Positions 48,160-60,836 of a stretch of 64,000 nt of DNA are shown piece after piece. How positions within the stretch are numbered: the stretch's first letter is position 1; each line of letters opens with the position of its first letter. A program made the position numbers and the translations under genes. The notes below the pieces were generated by a model. That model searched no databases. It was given only the letters and a program-made list of their open reading frames with translations, and was not told the DNA's origin. The stretch is from Propionibacteriaceae bacterium. GTDB taxonomy: Bacteria > Actinomycetota > Actinomycetes > Propionibacteriales > Propionibacteriaceae. The stretch covers positions 3,683 to 67,682 of the forward strand of contig JAIRZI010000039.1 in the NCBI GenBank assembly GCA_031267295.1. The letters are read 5' to 3'.

Positions 48160-48516
48160 TTATTCGGGAGATAGCAAAAAGTTGTCAATACCGCTGATGG
48201 TGTCGGAGAGAGAAAACTCTGGGGTAGCTACAGCGGCAGCTAGAGTTTCAGCCTCGGCATTCGGGTCGATCTGTTCGTACTCTAAAAGATTTTCTTTGAT
48301 TTCGCGCAGTGCGATTGAGAGCGGTTTCTCCTGCGAAGCGCTCGGCACTAGCGGACCGATGTTCTCCAACAACCCCTCGCCGAGTTGCTGATAATAAGCG
48401 TTGATGATGCGTGCCCGCTTAGCGGCAAACAACACCAGCCGATATTTTGAGTCAGCGTGTTCGAGAAGATCGTCGATTGGAGGATAGGTAATGCCTTCAG
48501 GAATAGATGTGCTCAC
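48160..48516 (-). CDS. rpoZ: DNA-directed RNA polymerase subunit omega
   Basis: [28 protein letters not shown]. It sits in the gmk-rpoZ context. Confidence 0.88.
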   Translation of the reverse strand: MSTSIPEGITYPPIDDLLEHADSKYRLVLFAAKRARIINAYYQQLGEGLLENIGPLVPSASQEKPLSIALREIKENLLEYEQIDPNAEAETLAAAVATPEFSLSDTISGIDNFLLSPE

Positions 48517-48553
48517 TTCATGCCTTCGTTTAGCGCCCTGATGCGTCTATGGG

Positions 48554-49108
48554 TCATAGACCTATGAACTCTACCAGTTCACTCACTGCAATATCCAGTT
48601 CGTCATTCACTATGGTGTGATCGAACATATCTTTCAGTGCTAACTCGTGTTTGGCGCTTGCCAACCTTAGTGCCATCTGTTCCGCCGTTTCCGCGCTCCG
48701 GGAACGTAGCCGATTCACCAGTTCTTCCCAACTGGGTGGCGTGATGAACACCAAAACCGCATCCGGCAGCGTTTGGCGTACCTGCATAGCTCCTTGCACG
48801 TCGATCTCTAGAATCACCGGCCGGCCGGCTGCCAGCGCCGTCATTACCGGTTCGCGCAAAGTACCGTAACGGGCGCTTTGATGCACCGTAGCCCACTCCA
48901 GCAGCCCGGCGGTAGCTATCAGTTCATCAAAAGTAGCATCGGTTATAAAGTGGTAATGCACTCCGTTCACCTCACCGGGACGTGGCAAACGTGTAGTTGC
49001 TGACACCGAGACATACACCTCAGGATGCGCCGCAACAACACGAGAAACCAAGGTGCCTTTGCCGACAGCAGTGGGCCCGGAGATCACAAAAACCCGGGCA
49101 TCACTCAT
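48554..49108 (-). CDS. gmk: guanylate kinase
   Basis: VISGPTAVGKGT P-loop and TTRLPRPGEVNGVHYHF. Confidence 0.92.
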   Translation of the reverse strand: MSDARVFVISGPTAVGKGTLVSRVVAAHPEVYVSVSATTRLPRPGEVNGVHYHFITDATFDELIATAGLLEWATVHQSARYGTLREPVMTALAAGRPVILEIDVQGAMQVRQTLPDAVLVFITPPSWEELVNRLRSRSAETAEQMALRLASAKHELALKDMFDHTIVNDELDIAVSELVEFIGL

Positions 49109-49127
49109 CAGCGCTACGTGAGTGTGG

Positions 49128-49451
49128 TTAATGAAACTCAGCGATTAAAGCACTCATCTGGTGCCTGCCGAGTCCGCGAATACGACGATTCTCAGCAATG
49201 CCGAGCCGCCGCAACACTTCAAGGGCGCGCTTATCGCCGATACGAGGTTGTGTTTTGATGAGATCAAGCACGAGCACCCGGGAAAGGGTATCGCTTTTTA
49301 ACGCCGTCTCCAATGCTTTGGAGATGCTTAGCTTGCCGGAACGTACGGCTGCTTTTAATTCAGCCCGCTCCCGGCGTGCTTTAGTTGCTGCCGCACGGGC
49401 ATCCTGCAACTGCTCTGAAGTCAGTTTGGGAATCTCGTTAGTCACGAGCAT
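49128..49451 (-). CDS. mihF: integration host factor MihF
   Basis: 107 aa, actinobacteria-specific mIHF pattern (PKLTSEQLQDARAAATKARRERAELKAAVRSGKLS...). It lies upstream of gmk. Confidence 0.85.
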   Translation of the reverse strand: MLVTNEIPKLTSEQLQDARAAATKARRERAELKAAVRSGKLSISKALETALKSDTLSRVLVLDLIKTQPRIGDKRALEVLRRLGIAENRRIRGLGRHQMSALIAEFH

Positions 49452-49577
49452 CTCTCCTTGTTAGTACCAGGCACCGTTAACTCGACAACGTTATCGCAAA
49501 TCGCGCCTGAATGTGCAAATGTGTGTCTTTAATATCTACTATTCAACTACGACAAAGCTTCTGAAACAACAAGAATG

Positions 49578-50417
49578 CTACCAGGAGAGCTGCGCAGCGC
49601 GTTCTCGCAACGCCATTGGGTCTGAACCGACTGCCGCCACTTCGCGGCTAGCGCTGGGCAGTACTTGGTTGCATGTCTGTCCAAACATGGCGCGTAACCC
49701 CGTGATCGTAGCGCCTTGCGCTCCGATACCGGGGGCGAGCACCCAACCGTTGAACCCTGTTAACTCCACTGTGTGTTCACACGGTGTCGCCCCAATCACT
49801 AACCCAACCAGTGCAGTACCTGCCGCATCATTTGCTCGAATAGCTTCGTTAGCGATTGACTGCGCCACACTGCTACCGTCTAAATTTCGTGCCTGTTGCA
49901 CACTGGCACCTTCTGGGTTAGACGTTCGGGTGAGCACGAATAGGCCGCGTCCGTTTTTCTTGGCCAACTCCAACGCCGGAGTGAGCGTTCCAAAACCCAG
50001 ATATGGATTGAGCGTCACCGCATCAGCGCTCAACTCTCCATCCGCTAAATAAGCACGCGCATACGCTTGCATAGTGGTACCGATATCGCCACGTTTCACA
50101 TCCAAAATGCTGATAGCGCCCGCAGCGGCGATGTCGCGTAGCACCCGCCCCAGCAGCGCCACCCCCGCCGAGCCGTGTGCCTCAAAAAAAGCCGATTGGG
50201 GCTTAAATACCGCAACCTGTTCTCCCAATGCTGCGATGAGACCCCGGGCGAAACTTTCACAGCCCGCTAACGTGTCGTCCAACCCCCAACTTGTAAGTGT
50301 GGCGGCGTGCGGATCAATACCAACGCAGAGCCGTCCCCGTTGCGCGCTGAGTGCCGCCAAACGCTCAACGAACGGTTGTGTGCTCGTAGTTGCTAGTCGC
50401 GCAGTGTTAAGGTACAC
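49578..50417 (-). CDS. pyrF: orotidine 5'-phosphate decarboxylase (type 2)
   Basis: LCVGIDPH, FKPQSAFFE and LDVKRGDIGTT motifs. Confidence 0.9.
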   Translation of the reverse strand: MYLNTARLATTSTQPFVERLAALSAQRGRLCVGIDPHAATLTSWGLDDTLAGCESFARGLIAALGEQVAVFKPQSAFFEAHGSAGVALLGRVLRDIAAAGAISILDVKRGDIGTTMQAYARAYLADGELSADAVTLNPYLGFGTLTPALELAKKNGRGLFVLTRTSNPEGASVQQARNLDGSSVAQSIANEAIRANDAAGTALVGLVIGATPCEHTVELTGFNGWVLAPGIGAQGATITGLRAMFGQTCNQVLPSASREVAAVGSDPMALRERAAQLSW

Positions 50418-50421
50418 AGCT

Positions 50422-51492
50422 TCACCTCGGTTTACTGAGACGGTTGATGCCCGCTATCACCGCTGGGCCATTGAAGATGAATCCGGTGTACACCTGTAGC
50501 AGCACAGCGCCAGCATCGAACATCGCTTGGGCATCGGCGGGTGTCATAATGCCACCAGATGCCAGCACCGGAAGTTGTGTACGCGAAGTTATCCGTCGCA
50601 CCAGCGCCAACGCCAACGCCGTAAGTGGAGCACCACTCAAACCACCTGACTCCGCAGCTTTAGCGGCATCAATCGGTGCGATTTCCGGGCGGGTTAGCGT
50701 GGTGTTGGTAGCTATGATGCCGGCGACGTGTTCCTGTTCGCACACCGTAACCACTTCATCGATTTCAGCTTCGCTAAGATCAGGAGCGATCTTGACGAAG
50801 ATCGGCACCGGGTTATCTGGGGAAAGTAACGTTGCCTCAGTTGTCAACGCCGCTAACAACTCCGCTAACTGCGCTTTCTGCTGTAGCTGCCTAAGTCCTG
50901 CAGTGTTGGGGCTAGAGACGTTCACTGCGATGTAATCGGCATACGGAGCTAACGTGCGTAAACCCACCAGATAATCTGCAACCGCATCCGATAGCGGCAC
51001 TACTTTTGTTTTACCTATTGAGATACCGATTGGACAACGGTTACTACCGCGAACCATCCCATATGCTGCCAGTGTCTGCGCCACCTGATGCGCACCAGGG
51101 TTGTTGAACCCCATACGATTAATCAACGCTGACGACGTAACCAACCGGAAAGAACGCGGTTTGTCATTTCCGGGTTGCGGCTGTGCGGTGACGGTGCCCA
51201 ACTCTGCAAAGCCGAAACCCAACGGTGCCCAAACCCGCGCAGCAGTAGCATCTTTATCCAACCCGGCGGCTAAACCCACTCGACCGGGAAAGTTGATGCC
51301 GGCAACTTCAAGAGGATTACGCGGTTTTCCTAACAGCAGCGGAAGTACCGCCCGTACTGGCTTTGGCAAAGCCGCTAAAGTTTTTATCGTCCACTCATGA
51401 ATGCGCTCTGGGTCTTGGCTAAACAGCACCGGTCGCAACAAAGTGCGGTAGCCGGTTAACAGCAACCACACATACATTTCATCCCACGTCAC
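50422..51492 (-). CDS. pyrD: dihydroorotate dehydrogenase (quinone), class 2
   Basis: [42 protein letters not shown] pattern. It overlaps the carB stop by 14 nt. Confidence 0.88.
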   Translation of the reverse strand: MTWDEMYVWLLLTGYRTLLRPVLFSQDPERIHEWTIKTLAALPKPVRAVLPLLLGKPRNPLEVAGINFPGRVGLAAGLDKDATAARVWAPLGFGFAELGTVTAQPQPGNDKPRSFRLVTSSALINRMGFNNPGAHQVAQTLAAYGMVRGSNRCPIGISIGKTKVVPLSDAVADYLVGLRTLAPYADYIAVNVSSPNTAGLRQLQQKAQLAELLAALTTEATLLSPDNPVPIFVKIAPDLSEAEIDEVVTVCEQEHVAGIIATNTTLTRPEIAPIDAAKAAESGGLSGAPLTALALALVRRITSRTQLPVLASGGIMTPADAQAMFDAGAVLLQVYTGFIFNGPAVIAGINRLSKPR

Positions 51493-54400
51493 TTATACAC
51501 TTCCATTCCTGTAATGATCTGATTGCGAAATCTCCGGCTTTGGCGCACCGAATCGCCTCTACCGCCGCCTCTAACCCCTGCACAGTGGTTATCACCGGTA
51601 CATTCCGAGCGATAGCGGCTGCCCGGATTGCATTGCCATCAACGCGCGGACTACCGCCAGTAGTTGACCCATTTGGAGTATTGAACACCAGATTTACCTG
51701 CGCAGAGTTGATCAGATCGGTGGCGGTGGGTCGCGTAGCGCACTCGTCGCACTCTTTTCCGTTCTCAAGCTGCAAACACTGCTCCCCCAGTTTGCGTACC
51801 AACTGCACCGCTATGCCGTGCCGCGCTAGCATCTGCGCAGTGCCTTCAGTTGCCCAAAGGATAAACCCTAAATCTGCGAGTCGTTTCAACGGGTAGAGCG
51901 CATGTCGTTTACTAGGATTTCCAACTGAGACGAACGCTGCGCCACTCAGCGGGTAATTGGCGTATACCGCAAGCTGCGTTTTGGCAAACGCCGCCTCGAA
52001 CGTGCGATCAATACCCATCACTTCGCCGGTGGAACGCATCTCAGGGCCTAGCAGCGCATCCACTGTGCCGCCATCTGCGGTATGGAACCGATTAAAAGGC
52101 AACACCGCCTCTTTGATGCTGATCGGCTGTCCCAGCCGCGCAACTGCACCATCGCCGACAGCTAGTAGCACCCCAGTAGCGCGCAGTTGCGCAATAGTTT
52201 TCCCCAGCATCACCAGCGCCGCCGCTTTGGCTAACCCCGCACCAGTCGCCTTGGATACAAACGGTACCGTACGGGACGCTCTGGGATTCGCCTCTAGCAC
52301 ATAGAGCACATCGCCAGCTAGCGCATACTGAATATTTAGCAACCCGCATACTCCAACACCCTTAGCGATGGCGGTAGTGGAGTGGCGGATGCGGGCTATC
52401 ACTTCGCTACCCAACGTGATCGACGGCAACGAGCAGGCGGAGTCTCCCGAATGCACCCCAGCTTGTTCAATATGTTCCATGATGCCGCCGATATACAACT
52501 CTTGTGAGTCATAGAGAGCATCGACATCGATCTCCACCGCATCGTCTAGAAACCTATCGACAAGCACCGGCATATCGGGCGAGACGAGCGTTGAATTGGC
52601 GATGTAGCTGTGCAACTGTTCCTCATCGCGCACAATCTCCATGCCGCGTCCTCCTAGCACATAGGAAGGCCGCACCAACACCGGATAGCCGATCTCATCC
52701 GCTATCTGACGCGCTTGTACAAAACTTTCCGCCATGCCATGTTTAGGGCTTGGCAATCCAGCCGCGGCCAACACTTGAGAGAACGCACCACGCTCCTCCG
52801 CCAAATTGATAGCTTCCGGGCTAGTGCCAACTATCGGCAAACCGGCGTCTTTCAGAGAAGCCGCCAATTTGAGCGGCGTTTGCCCCCCAAGCTGTACGAT
52901 TACTCCAGCCACTGGCCCTGCTGCCGCTTCCGCGTCGTACACTTCAATGACATCCTCCAAGGTAAGCGGTTCGAAATAGAGCCGGTCTGAGGTGTCGTAA
53001 TCGGTGGATACCGTCTCCGGGTTGCAGTTGATCATAATGGACTCGTACCCTGCGTCGGAGAGCGCCATCGCGGCGTGTACGCAGGAGTAGTCAAACTCAA
53101 TCCCTTGCCCGATGCGGTTCGGCCCAGACCCGAGAATTATCACCGCAGGTTTGCTACGCGGTACCACCTCGGTTTCTAAGTCATAACTGGAGTAGTGATA
53201 CGGGGTACGTGCTGCGAACTCAGCAGCGCAGGTGTCCACCGTTTTGAACACTGGACGTACCCCTAAGCGCTGCCGCAAGTGACGAACATCGGCGCTACTC
53301 ATCTTGCGGATTTCAGCTAGTTGGGTATCAGATAACCCGTGACGTTTCGCCTGTCGCAACAAAGGAGCGCTTAACTGTGGGGCGGCGGCCACTTCTGCGG
53401 CAACTGTAAGAATTAGCTCCAATTGGGTAAGAAACCAGGGGTCAATTCTGGTGGCCTGATAGCACTCGGCGATGCTGGCACCGGCACGCATCGCCTGCAC
53501 CACCAGTTGAACTCGACCGGCTGTTGGGCGGGTAGCCGCTGCAAGTAGCTCATCCTTGGTACCTCCCGGATCGCCTGCCAACCGAAGCTGCGCGGTGTCG
53601 TCTTCCAAAGAGCGCAACGCTTTACCAAGCGCTTCGGTGAAGTTGCGACCAATCGCCATCGCTTCGCCGATACTTTTCATATGCGTTGTCAGGGTGTCAT
53701 CAGCGGTGGGAAACTTCTCGAACGCGAATCTGGGAGCTTTCACCACCACATAGTCGAGTGTCGGCTCAAAGCTGGCTGGAGTTTCGGCGGTAATGTCGTT
53801 TGGAATCTCATCCAAGGTGTAGCCGACAGCCACTTTGGCTGCGATTTTGGCGATAGGAAATCCCGTAGCTTTCGATGCCAACGCCGAAGAACGAGACACT
53901 CGCGGGTTCATCTCAATGACGATCATTCGTCCGTTTTCGGGGTTTATGGCGAACTGAATATTGCACCCGCCGGTATCCACCCCTACTGCCCGAATGACCC
54001 CGATAGCAACGTCACGCATCCGCTGGTACTCCCGATCAGTGAGCGTCATCGCTGGCGCTACCGTGATGGAATCTCCCGTGTGGATACCCATCGGGTCGAA
54101 GTTTTCAATAGAGCAGACGATAACCACGTTGTCTTTACGATCTCGCATCACCTCTAACTCGTACTCTTTCCAACCGAGAATGGACTCCTCAACTAACACT
54201 TCGGTGGACGGGCTGGCAGCTAAACCGATAGTTCCCAATCGAAGAAGCTCTGCGGAATCGTGTGCAAACCCACTACCTAAACCCCCCATAGTGAAACTAG
54301 GCCGCAAAACCACCGGCCAGCCGAGCTGTTCACCGGCCGCCATGATTTCGGCTATGTTGTGGCAAATTACGCTCTGCGCCACTTCGGGGGCACCGCCAGC

Positions 54401-54826
54401 AATACTGCTAAGCGATTCGACAACTCGTTTGAACTCTTCACGGTCTTCGCCACGACGGATCGCTGCGATTGATGCGCCGATAAGTTCGACACCGTATTTT
54501 GCTAACACTCCACGTTCATGCAACGTCACCGCGATGTTGAGTGCTGTTTGTCCGCCAAGAGTGGCCAACAGCGCATCCGGGCGTTCTTTGGCGATTATCA
54601 GTTCTAAAAACTGAGGGGTAAGCGGCTCAATATAGGTAGCATCGGCGAACTCCGGATCAGTCATAATTGTGGCTGGGTTGGAGTTCACTAGAATCACCCG
54701 GAACCCATCTTCACGAAGCACTCGACACGCTTGTGTGCCGGAGTAATCAAACTCAGCGGCTTGTCCGATGACAATAGGGCCAGAACCGATGACCAAAATG
54801 GATGTGATGTCGTTACGGCGCGGCAT
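51479..54826 (-). CDS. carB: carbamoyl-phosphate synthase large subunit
   Basis: 1115 aa with a duplicated ATP-grasp architecture, N-terminus [24 protein letters not shown], and an MGS-like C-terminus. Confidence 0.96.
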   Translation of the reverse strand: MPRRNDITSILVIGSGPIVIGQAAEFDYSGTQACRVLREDGFRVILVNSNPATIMTDPEFADATYIEPLTPQFLELIIAKERPDALLATLGGQTALNIAVTLHERGVLAKYGVELIGASIAAIRRGEDREEFKRVVESLSSIAGGAPEVAQSVICHNIAEIMAAGEQLGWPVVLRPSFTMGGLGSGFAHDSAELLRLGTIGLAASPSTEVLVEESILGWKEYELEVMRDRKDNVVIVCSIENFDPMGIHTGDSITVAPAMTLTDREYQRMRDVAIGVIRAVGVDTGGCNIQFAINPENGRMIVIEMNPRVSRSSALASKATGFPIAKIAAKVAVGYTLDEIPNDITAETPASFEPTLDYVVVKAPRFAFEKFPTADDTLTTHMKSIGEAMAIGRNFTEALGKALRSLEDDTAQLRLAGDPGGTKDELLAAATRPTAGRVQLVVQAMRAGASIAECYQATRIDPWFLTQLELILTVAAEVAAAPQLSAPLLRQAKRHGLSDTQLAEIRKMSSADVRHLRQRLGVRPVFKTVDTCAAEFAARTPYHYSSYDLETEVVPRSKPAVIILGSGPNRIGQGIEFDYSCVHAAMALSDAGYESIMINCNPETVSTDYDTSDRLYFEPLTLEDVIEVYDAEAAAGPVAGVIVQLGGQTPLKLAASLKDAGLPIVGTSPEAINLAEERGAFSQVLAAAGLPSPKHGMAESFVQARQIADEIGYPVLVRPSYVLGGRGMEIVRDEEQLHSYIANSTLVSPDMPVLVDRFLDDAVEIDVDALYDSQELYIGGIMEHIEQAGVHSGDSACSLPSITLGSEVIARIRHSTTAIAKGVGVCGLLNIQYALAGDVLYVLEANPRASRTVPFVSKATGAGLAKAAALVMLGKTIAQLRATGVLLAVGDGAVARLGQPISIKEAVLPFNRFHTADGGTVDALLGPEMRSTGEVMGIDRTFEAAFAKTQLAVYANYPLSGAAFVSVGNPSKRHALYPLKRLADLGFILWATEGTAQMLARHGIAVQLVRKLGEQCLQLENGKECDECATRPTATDLINSAQVNLVFNTPNGSTTGGSPRVDGNAIRAAAIARNVPVITTVQGLEAAVEAIRCAKAGDFAIRSLQEWKCISDVG

Positions 54827-55986
54827 CAGTTCACCGCCTTAGTCGGCGTTGCTTTCATAAGCTTCACAAACTGATCAAATAGATACTCGGAATCGTGTGG
54901 GCCGGCTGCCGCTTCGGGGTGATACTGCACTGAAAACGCAACCACGCGGTTGTTTCGAGTCAACGTCAACCCTTCCACGCAGTTATCATTTAAGCAGTGA
55001 TGGCTCACTTGGGCGATGCCATAAGGTGTCGCTACCGGGTGATCCAGTGGGGCACGTAGCGCAAAACCATGATTATGAGCCGTGATGTCCACCCGTTTGG
55101 AAGCGTGATCGAACACAGGCTGATTGATGCCGCGATGGCCGTATTTCAGCTTGTAAGTGTCGAATCCCAAAGCCAACCCGAAAATCTGATTACCGAAACA
55201 GATACCAAAAAATGGATATTCGGCGGCCAACACTGCCGCGCAAAGCGCAATCGCATGTTTAGCGGTAGCCGGATCCCCTGGCCCGTTGGAGAAAAAAACA
55301 CCGTCTGGTTGTAAGGCGGCAATGTCTGCGAAAGTGACATCCGCCGGTAGTACATGAGTTTCTATCCCCCGTTCGGCAAACTCACTTAGCGTGTGCATCT
55401 TGACTCCGAGATCAACCGCTGCCACTAGTAACTTCCGTTCCCCACTCGGCACTGTGCCGACAGCAGGAGGTAGCACATACGCCGCCTTTGTAGTAACGTC
55501 ACTCACCAGATCGGCACCTTCCATTTTGGGAGTGGCCAACACTTTAGCTAACACAGTGTTTACATCGCTATCCAGTGATGAGATACCAACCCGCATCGCT
55601 CCGCACTCCCGAAGATGTCGGGTGATTGCGCGCGTATCCACGCCGCAAATCCCCACCACACCTTGAAGTTCCAGTTCGGTTTGTAGAGTGCGCTTTGAGC
55701 GCCAGTTGGATGGTGCGGGCGCTGGGTCACGCACTACATAACCTGCCACCCAGATGCGTCCCGATTCGTTGTCCTCGTCGTTCCATCCAGTGTTTCCAAT
55801 GTGTGGCGCGGTAGCTATCACCACTTGGCGGTGATAGCTAGGGTCAGTTAACGTTTCCTGATAACCGGACATGCCGGTGGCGAACACCGCTTCTCCGAAT
55901 GTTTCCCCGATTGCGCCGAATGCTTCGCCATAGAACGCGAACCCATCCTCTAACACGAGGATCGCTTCCTGCGCACTCGCCATCAC
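54826..55986 (-). CDS. carA: carbamoyl-phosphate synthase small (glutaminase) subunit
   Basis: [18 protein letters not shown]-terminus and GATase triad region (GICFGNQ, HGFA). Confidence 0.94.
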   Translation of the reverse strand: MMASAQEAILVLEDGFAFYGEAFGAIGETFGEAVFATGMSGYQETLTDPSYHRQVVIATAPHIGNTGWNDEDNESGRIWVAGYVVRDPAPAPSNWRSKRTLQTELELQGVVGICGVDTRAITRHLRECGAMRVGISSLDSDVNTVLAKVLATPKMEGADLVSDVTTKAAYVLPPAVGTVPSGERKLLVAAVDLGVKMHTLSEFAERGIETHVLPADVTFADIAALQPDGVFFSNGPGDPATAKHAIALCAAVLAAEYPFFGICFGNQIFGLALGFDTYKLKYGHRGINQPVFDHASKRVDITAHNHGFALRAPLDHPVATPYGIAQVSHHCLNDNCVEGLTLTRNNRVVAFSVQYHPEAAAGPHDSEYLFDQFVKLMKATPTKAVN

Positions 55987-56078
55987 AGACCTCCAATTGG
56001 GTTCCGCTATACGCTATCAGAGCCATGAGCTACCCGATTGACGCCACCCCACTTGGTGGGCGCTTAGCGTCTTAAACT

Positions 56079-56627
56079 TCAACCGACTTTCGCTCGTAGC
56101 GCATCCATTTCAGCGATAGCGCCGAGGATACCTGATAGAAAAGCTGCTGATGAATCGGTGGAGTACTCATCGGCTAACGCTACAGCTTCCGAGATAACCA
56201 CCGCTGCTGGCGTACCGTTTTTCAACTCCCAAACTGCGATACGCGCCAAATTACGATCTAGCGCAGCCAGTCGGGTAATCGTCCAATCGGTGGGGCTTAC
56301 CTCCATGATGGCAGTATCAATTATCAATAACTCCGCCCGCACCCCCTTGACGATTTGCGCAGCCTGCTCGCGTAAATCTGCTGATTCTGCAAGTAACGTC
56401 AACGGGTCTAGGCCGCGCATCTCCGCCTGATATAACACATCCAAAGCAGCTTTACGCGCTTTCGTTTGCCGCGAATGGTGATGTGGGGTGCCGTCATCTA
56501 GCACCTTAACCACCACCGCATCCGTTACCGGCGGGTGCTGCCAAGCTGGCAACGTAATCACTGGAACATCCAGCACATCTGGGGTTGATAACAACGTCGC
56601 CTCACGCGAATCGGGTTCAGTTGGCAC
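56079..56627 (-). CDS. nusB: transcription antitermination factor NusB (with ~50-aa N-terminal extension if the longest ORF is used)
   Basis: The NusB core starts near [18 protein letters not shown]. The longest ORF overlaps the efp stop by 11 nt, and in-frame GTG codons exist further downstream. Confidence 0.82.
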   Translation of the reverse strand: MPTEPDSREATLLSTPDVLDVPVITLPAWQHPPVTDAVVVKVLDDGTPHHHSRQTKARKAALDVLYQAEMRGLDPLTLLAESADLREQAAQIVKGVRAELLIIDTAIMEVSPTDWTITRLAALDRNLARIAVWELKNGTPAAVVISEAVALADEYSTDSSAAFLSGILGAIAEMDALRAKVG

Positions 56628-57180
56628 GGCCGAGATAATCTCCAGAACGAGTGTCCACTTTCACACGTTCACCTTGTGTGATGAACAACGGTACTTGAAT
56701 CACCCGTCCCGTCTCCAAAGTGGCAGGCTTTGTACCACCGGTAGAGCGATCCCCTTGCATCCCCGGCTCGGTGTAAGTGATCTCAAGTTCCACAGAGGTT
56801 GGCAGTTCGATGTATAACGCAGCACCCTCATGGGTGGCTACCGTAACCGTCATCGACTCCAGCATGAAGTCTTTAGCATCGCCGATGACCTCTGGCACGA
56901 TGGTGAGTTGATCATAAGTTTGGGTATCCATGAACACGTAACCGGTGCCCGCATCTTCATAGAGATACTGCATCTCGGATTTGTCCACCTGAGCCATGTC
57001 GATTTTAGTATCGGCGGGAAAAGTGCGCTCGACCACTTTACCGGATACCACATGCTTCAACTTGGTACGCACTACAGTGTTCCCTTTGCCGGGCTTGTGA
57101 TGCTGGAACCAGATAACTTGCCAAAGTTGTCCGTCAAGATCGAGCACAGTGCCGTTCTTTATATCGTTTGTAGTTGCCAC
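56617..57180 (-). CDS. efp: elongation factor P
   Basis: [42 protein letters not shown], canonical EF-P. Confidence 0.95.
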   Translation of the reverse strand: MATTNDIKNGTVLDLDGQLWQVIWFQHHKPGKGNTVVRTKLKHVVSGKVVERTFPADTKIDMAQVDKSEMQYLYEDAGTGYVFMDTQTYDQLTIVPEVIGDAKDFMLESMTVTVATHEGAALYIELPTSVELEITYTEPGMQGDRSTGGTKPATLETGRVIQVPLFITQGERVKVDTRSGDYLGRAN

Positions 57181-57221
57181 ACTTAACCCTTTCGTCGCTC
57201 TCGCCTTAGAAATTGTATCCG

Positions 57222-58304
57222 TTAGTCAGCAATTAGCCGATACGCGGCGTACAACATGTCCTCACTAGGGGAATCAATAATCGGATGTTGCAAACCGGCA
57301 AGCAACACAAAGCGCGGTGTGATCCCTCTAGTTTTCTTGTCACGGCTGATCAAAGCTCGTAGATTCGGGTATGGCGCTGCTGCGTAGCTAACTGGCAAGC
57401 CGATAGCTCGCAACACGCTGCTATGCAACTCCACCGCTGCCCGGTCAAGCCCAGTAACAGTTGCTGCCAACTTTGCCGCATACACCATACCGACTGCGAT
57501 CGCCTCACCGTGGCGCCACCGAAACTGCTGTTGCATCTCGATAGCGTGTCCTAGAGTGTGCCCATAATTGAGTTGTTCTCGCCCCGGGAGGGCTGCTAGT
57601 GAAGTGCGCTCGCTGAGATCATCTAGCACCACGGTGGCTTTCACTTTCACAGCCCTGACCACTAGTTCGGCGAATCGTTCAGAGTTGACGTTTTGACTCT
57701 CACGCGGGTTAGCGCAGATCAACTCTAAAATCATTGAATCGGCGATGAACCCAGCTTTGACGACTTCCGCTAACCCGGAACGCACCTCGCGTTCCGGTAA
57801 ACCAGCCAGCAACGCAAAATCAACCAATACAGCACGCGGCTCATGGAACGCGCCGACAAGATTCTTTCCCTCTGGTAGATCGATACCAGTTTTGCCGCCA
57901 ACTGCGGCATCCACCATCCCCAACACCGTTGTGGGTATCGGTATCCAGGGGATACCCCGCAAGTATGAAGCGGCAACGAATCCGGCAACGTCAGTGGTCG
58001 CTCCTCCGCCAACCCCCACCACAAGATCGTTTCGGGTAAAATCAGCCGCCGCCAACGCCTGCCATAACTTAGCTAACGTTGCAGATGTTTTGGCGTTTTC
58101 ACCATCGGGCACCACAAGCGATAGCACCTTTACACCGCTGGTTTCCAGCTTGGTGATCACAGCGGCAGCCTGCCGAGCAAGGGTTGCCGTGGACACCACC
58201 GCTACCCGATGGCTGTCGGCAACAAGCGTCGGCAATTTGTTAAGCGCATCTCGGGCAACCGTCACGCAGTAGCGCTCTCCAACTTGAATCTCGCTCATGC
58301 GCAA
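57222..58304 (-). CDS. aroB: 3-dehydroquinate synthase
   Basis: [22 protein letters not shown] and [12 protein letters not shown] motifs. Confidence 0.92.
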   Translation of the reverse strand: MRMSEIQVGERYCVTVARDALNKLPTLVADSHRVAVVSTATLARQAAAVITKLETSGVKVLSLVVPDGENAKTSATLAKLWQALAAADFTRNDLVVGVGGGATTDVAGFVAASYLRGIPWIPIPTTVLGMVDAAVGGKTGIDLPEGKNLVGAFHEPRAVLVDFALLAGLPEREVRSGLAEVVKAGFIADSMILELICANPRESQNVNSERFAELVVRAVKVKATVVLDDLSERTSLAALPGREQLNYGHTLGHAIEMQQQFRWRHGEAIAVGMVYAAKLAATVTGLDRAAVELHSSVLRAIGLPVSYAAAPYPNLRALISRDKKTRGITPRFVLLAGLQHPIIDSPSEDMLYAAYRLIAD

Positions 58305-58813
58305 TCCTTTGCATACTTTTTCGCCAAAGCGCGCTGTATCTGCTCCACGATCTGCGACGGTAGTTCTTTCGTGGTTTGCACCGTAATGTCTGCCAGTTTG
58401 GCATATAGCGCAGCACGTTCCAGCAGTAGATTAGTCAGTTTCTCTTCCGAATCGCCTATCAGTAACGGCCGGTGTTTGGTGTCCCCCAGCCGCGATAACG
58501 CTGCAGGAACGCTCACCTCCAACCACACCACGGTATGCGCCGCGATGGCTTCCCGTACCTGCACCACACTCACCGCTCCCCCACCGAGCGCCAACACTAT
58601 ATTTGACCCCGCCAACACTTCACGCACAGCGGCAGCTTCCAATTTACGAAATGCGCACTCGCCGTCAGTTGCGAAGATGTCGGCAATACTGCGTTTGGTA
58701 TCAGCTACTATACGTCTGTCAAGATCGACAAACGACAACCCAAGCCGCTTGGCGAGCAGCTCACCTACTGTGGTTTTGCCGGCGGCAGGCATCCCGATCA
58801 ATACTATGCTCAT
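58295..58813 (-). CDS. aroK: shikimate kinase
   Basis: Start moved to ATG 58813 (MSIVLIGMPAAGKTTVG), with the P-loop at the N-terminus. The longer ORF would overlap aroC. Confidence 0.9.
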   Translation of the reverse strand: MSIVLIGMPAAGKTTVGELLAKRLGLSFVDLDRRIVADTKRSIADIFATDGECAFRKLEAAAVREVLAGSNIVLALGGGAVSVVQVREAIAAHTVVWLEVSVPAALSRLGDTKHRPLLIGDSEEKLTNLLLERAALYAKLADITVQTTKELPSQIVEQIQRALAKKYAKDCA

Positions 58814-58829
58814 CAAATCACCTGGTTCA

Positions 58830-60023
58830 TTAGAGCACCTGCAAGCTCTGTTCTCGCAACTGGGCAAGGAACCCCAGCAGATTACGTCTAGTTTCAGCCA
58901 CACAATCACCAGCAAATTTTTCCAGACACGCCGCTGCGATAACCAGCGCCACTACCGCTTCGGCAACAACACCGGCTGCGGGTACGGCACACACATCGGA
59001 GCGTTGGTGTTGTGCATCGGTCGCTTCTCCAGTAATAACATCCACACTCGGTAGTGCGTGGCTGAGCGTCGCTATCGGCTTCATAGCGGCTCGCAGCACG
59101 ATAGGTTGACCGTTGCTGATACCACCTTCGATACCGCCGGCGTTATTGGATGCTCGGCTGATACCACCCACTCCCGGCAGTATGTGGTCATGTAGCGCAC
59201 TACCGGGTAACACCGCCGCTTGAAAACCGACACCCACTTCGACACCTTTGATGGCTTGAATCCCCATAAGCGCCCCCGCTAACTGAGCGTCAAGGCGGCG
59301 ATCCCCCTGAATATGAGAACCGATACCTGGCGGACAACCCCATACCACTACTTCGATCACACCACCTAGGGTGTCACCGGCCACTTTCGCTTGGTCGATG
59401 GCCGCCTGCATAGCTATGGACACCACCGGATCAAAACAACGTAGCGGATCGGCATCAATGAGTGCCAGATCGGCGGCATTGGGCAGTTCATGCGATGCTG
59501 TGCTGAGCGAACCGATAGCCACCACATGACTGAGCACTGTAATGCCATACGCCTGTGCCAAGAACTGTTTAGCAACCTCACCGATGGCAACCCGAGCCGC
59601 AGTCTCCCGAGCCGATGCCCGCTCCAGAATAGGACGAGTTTCCAACCAGTTGTATTTTTGCATCCCGGTTAAATCGGCGTGTCCGGGACGCGGTCGAGTA
59701 AGCGGATAAGCATAGGGATCAGCAGCTAATAGGGCGCTATCCGTTTGATCAGGGTTCATAACTTGCCGCCATTTTGGCCATTCAGAGTTCGCTACTTCCA
59801 GCGTCACCGGTGAACCTGTGGTGACTCCCTGCCAGACACCGGAGACGATACGCACCTCGTCGCGCTCCAGTTTCATGCGACACCCTCGCCCATACCCCAA
59901 GCGGCGGCGCGCCAACGCAGCGGTGATGTCCGCAGTACTCACCCGCACATGCGCAGGCAACCCTTCCAGCATGGCAACCAGCGCAGCACCATGCGATTCC
60001 CCAGCAGTTAGATAACGCAACAT
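58830..60023 (-). CDS. aroC: chorismate synthase
   Basis: [13 protein letters not shown]-terminus and [19 protein letters not shown] motifs. Confidence 0.95.
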   Translation of the reverse strand: MLRYLTAGESHGAALVAMLEGLPAHVRVSTADITAALARRRLGYGRGCRMKLERDEVRIVSGVWQGVTTGSPVTLEVANSEWPKWRQVMNPDQTDSALLAADPYAYPLTRPRPGHADLTGMQKYNWLETRPILERASARETAARVAIGEVAKQFLAQAYGITVLSHVVAIGSLSTASHELPNAADLALIDADPLRCFDPVVSIAMQAAIDQAKVAGDTLGGVIEVVVWGCPPGIGSHIQGDRRLDAQLAGALMGIQAIKGVEVGVGFQAAVLPGSALHDHILPGVGGISRASNNAGGIEGGISNGQPIVLRAAMKPIATLSHALPSVDVITGEATDAQHQRSDVCAVPAAGVVAEAVVALVIAAACLEKFAGDCVAETRRNLLGFLAQLREQSLQVL

Positions 60024-60027
60024 ATGT

Positions 60028-60834
60028 CTATTGTGTCAGGCTAATCTCAGCCAACCCAGCTTGATACAGCAGATTGAACTCAACTTCGTAACCGGTCAAC
60101 AATCGGAACTGGTCAACTGCCTGTCCGGCAAGCAGGCTGAGACCATCGATAGCAGGGATTCCGAGCGCGCGAGCCGCAGCTAATAGCGGCCGCTCCCAGG
60201 GTTCGTACGCCACATCGAACACCGCGTCAGCTCGCGCCACTAATTCAGCGACATATGGCGTAACTGCCGCACCCGGCAGTGTGGAAACCAGCAACCCTAC
60301 GGGCGGGTGAGCGCCGATCGGTGCGAGTTGAGTGTCAATGCCCAACTGTTCGGCTAGCGCCACCGTGGCACCAGCCCGTGCGACATTTCGCGCCAGCACC
60401 GTGAGTCGCCGTAATCCAATTCGCAGCAACCCTGCTATCACCGCGCGGCTGGTGGCACCAGCACCCACCACCGCTGCTTGAGTAACTTCGGTTACTCCGT
60501 GAGCTTGCAACGCTCGCACCACGCCGCAAACATCGGTGTTATATACAAAAGTTCCAGTTGGCCGAAACACCACCGTATTCCCGGCATGTATCTGCAACGC
60601 TGCCGCATCGGGTTTTCCTGCGGCTAAAGCCGCTTCCTTATGGGGCATTGTTACCGCTAACCCGCGCCACTGGTTATCTAGCCCTGCTATGAAGTTCGCA
60701 AGTCCTCCCGGCGGCACTTCACAAATGGTAAATGTCCTGTCACGCTCCAGCCCCAACGCCCGATACCCGCAACGATGCAGTGCCGGCGACAATGAATGGC
60801 TGACCGGCCAACCCACCACGCCGTAGCGCAACAT
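60028..60834 (-). CDS. aroE: shikimate dehydrogenase
   Basis: [20 protein letters not shown] and NTD motifs. Start set at ATG 60834, just after the mltG stop. Confidence 0.88.
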   Translation of the reverse strand: MLRYGVVGWPVSHSLSPALHRCGYRALGLERDRTFTICEVPPGGLANFIAGLDNQWRGLAVTMPHKEAALAAGKPDAAALQIHAGNTVVFRPTGTFVYNTDVCGVVRALQAHGVTEVTQAAVVGAGATSRAVIAGLLRIGLRRLTVLARNVARAGATVALAEQLGIDTQLAPIGAHPPVGLLVSTLPGAAVTPYVAELVARADAVFDVAYEPWERPLLAAARALGIPAIDGLSLLAGQAVDQFRLLTGYEVEFNLLYQAGLAEISLTQ

Positions 60835-60836
60835 AT

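Noticed and set aside
55987-56078. Possible PyrR attenuator or terminator between nusB and carA
   Set aside because: Only an imperfect GC hairpin (CGCCCACC...GGTGGCG) is present, with no U-tract and no PyrR binding loop consensus.
58209-59054. 281-aa ORF antisense to aroB/aroK/aroC
   Set aside because: It spans three well-supported genes on the opposite strand and has no recognisable motifs. It is an antisense open-frame artefact.
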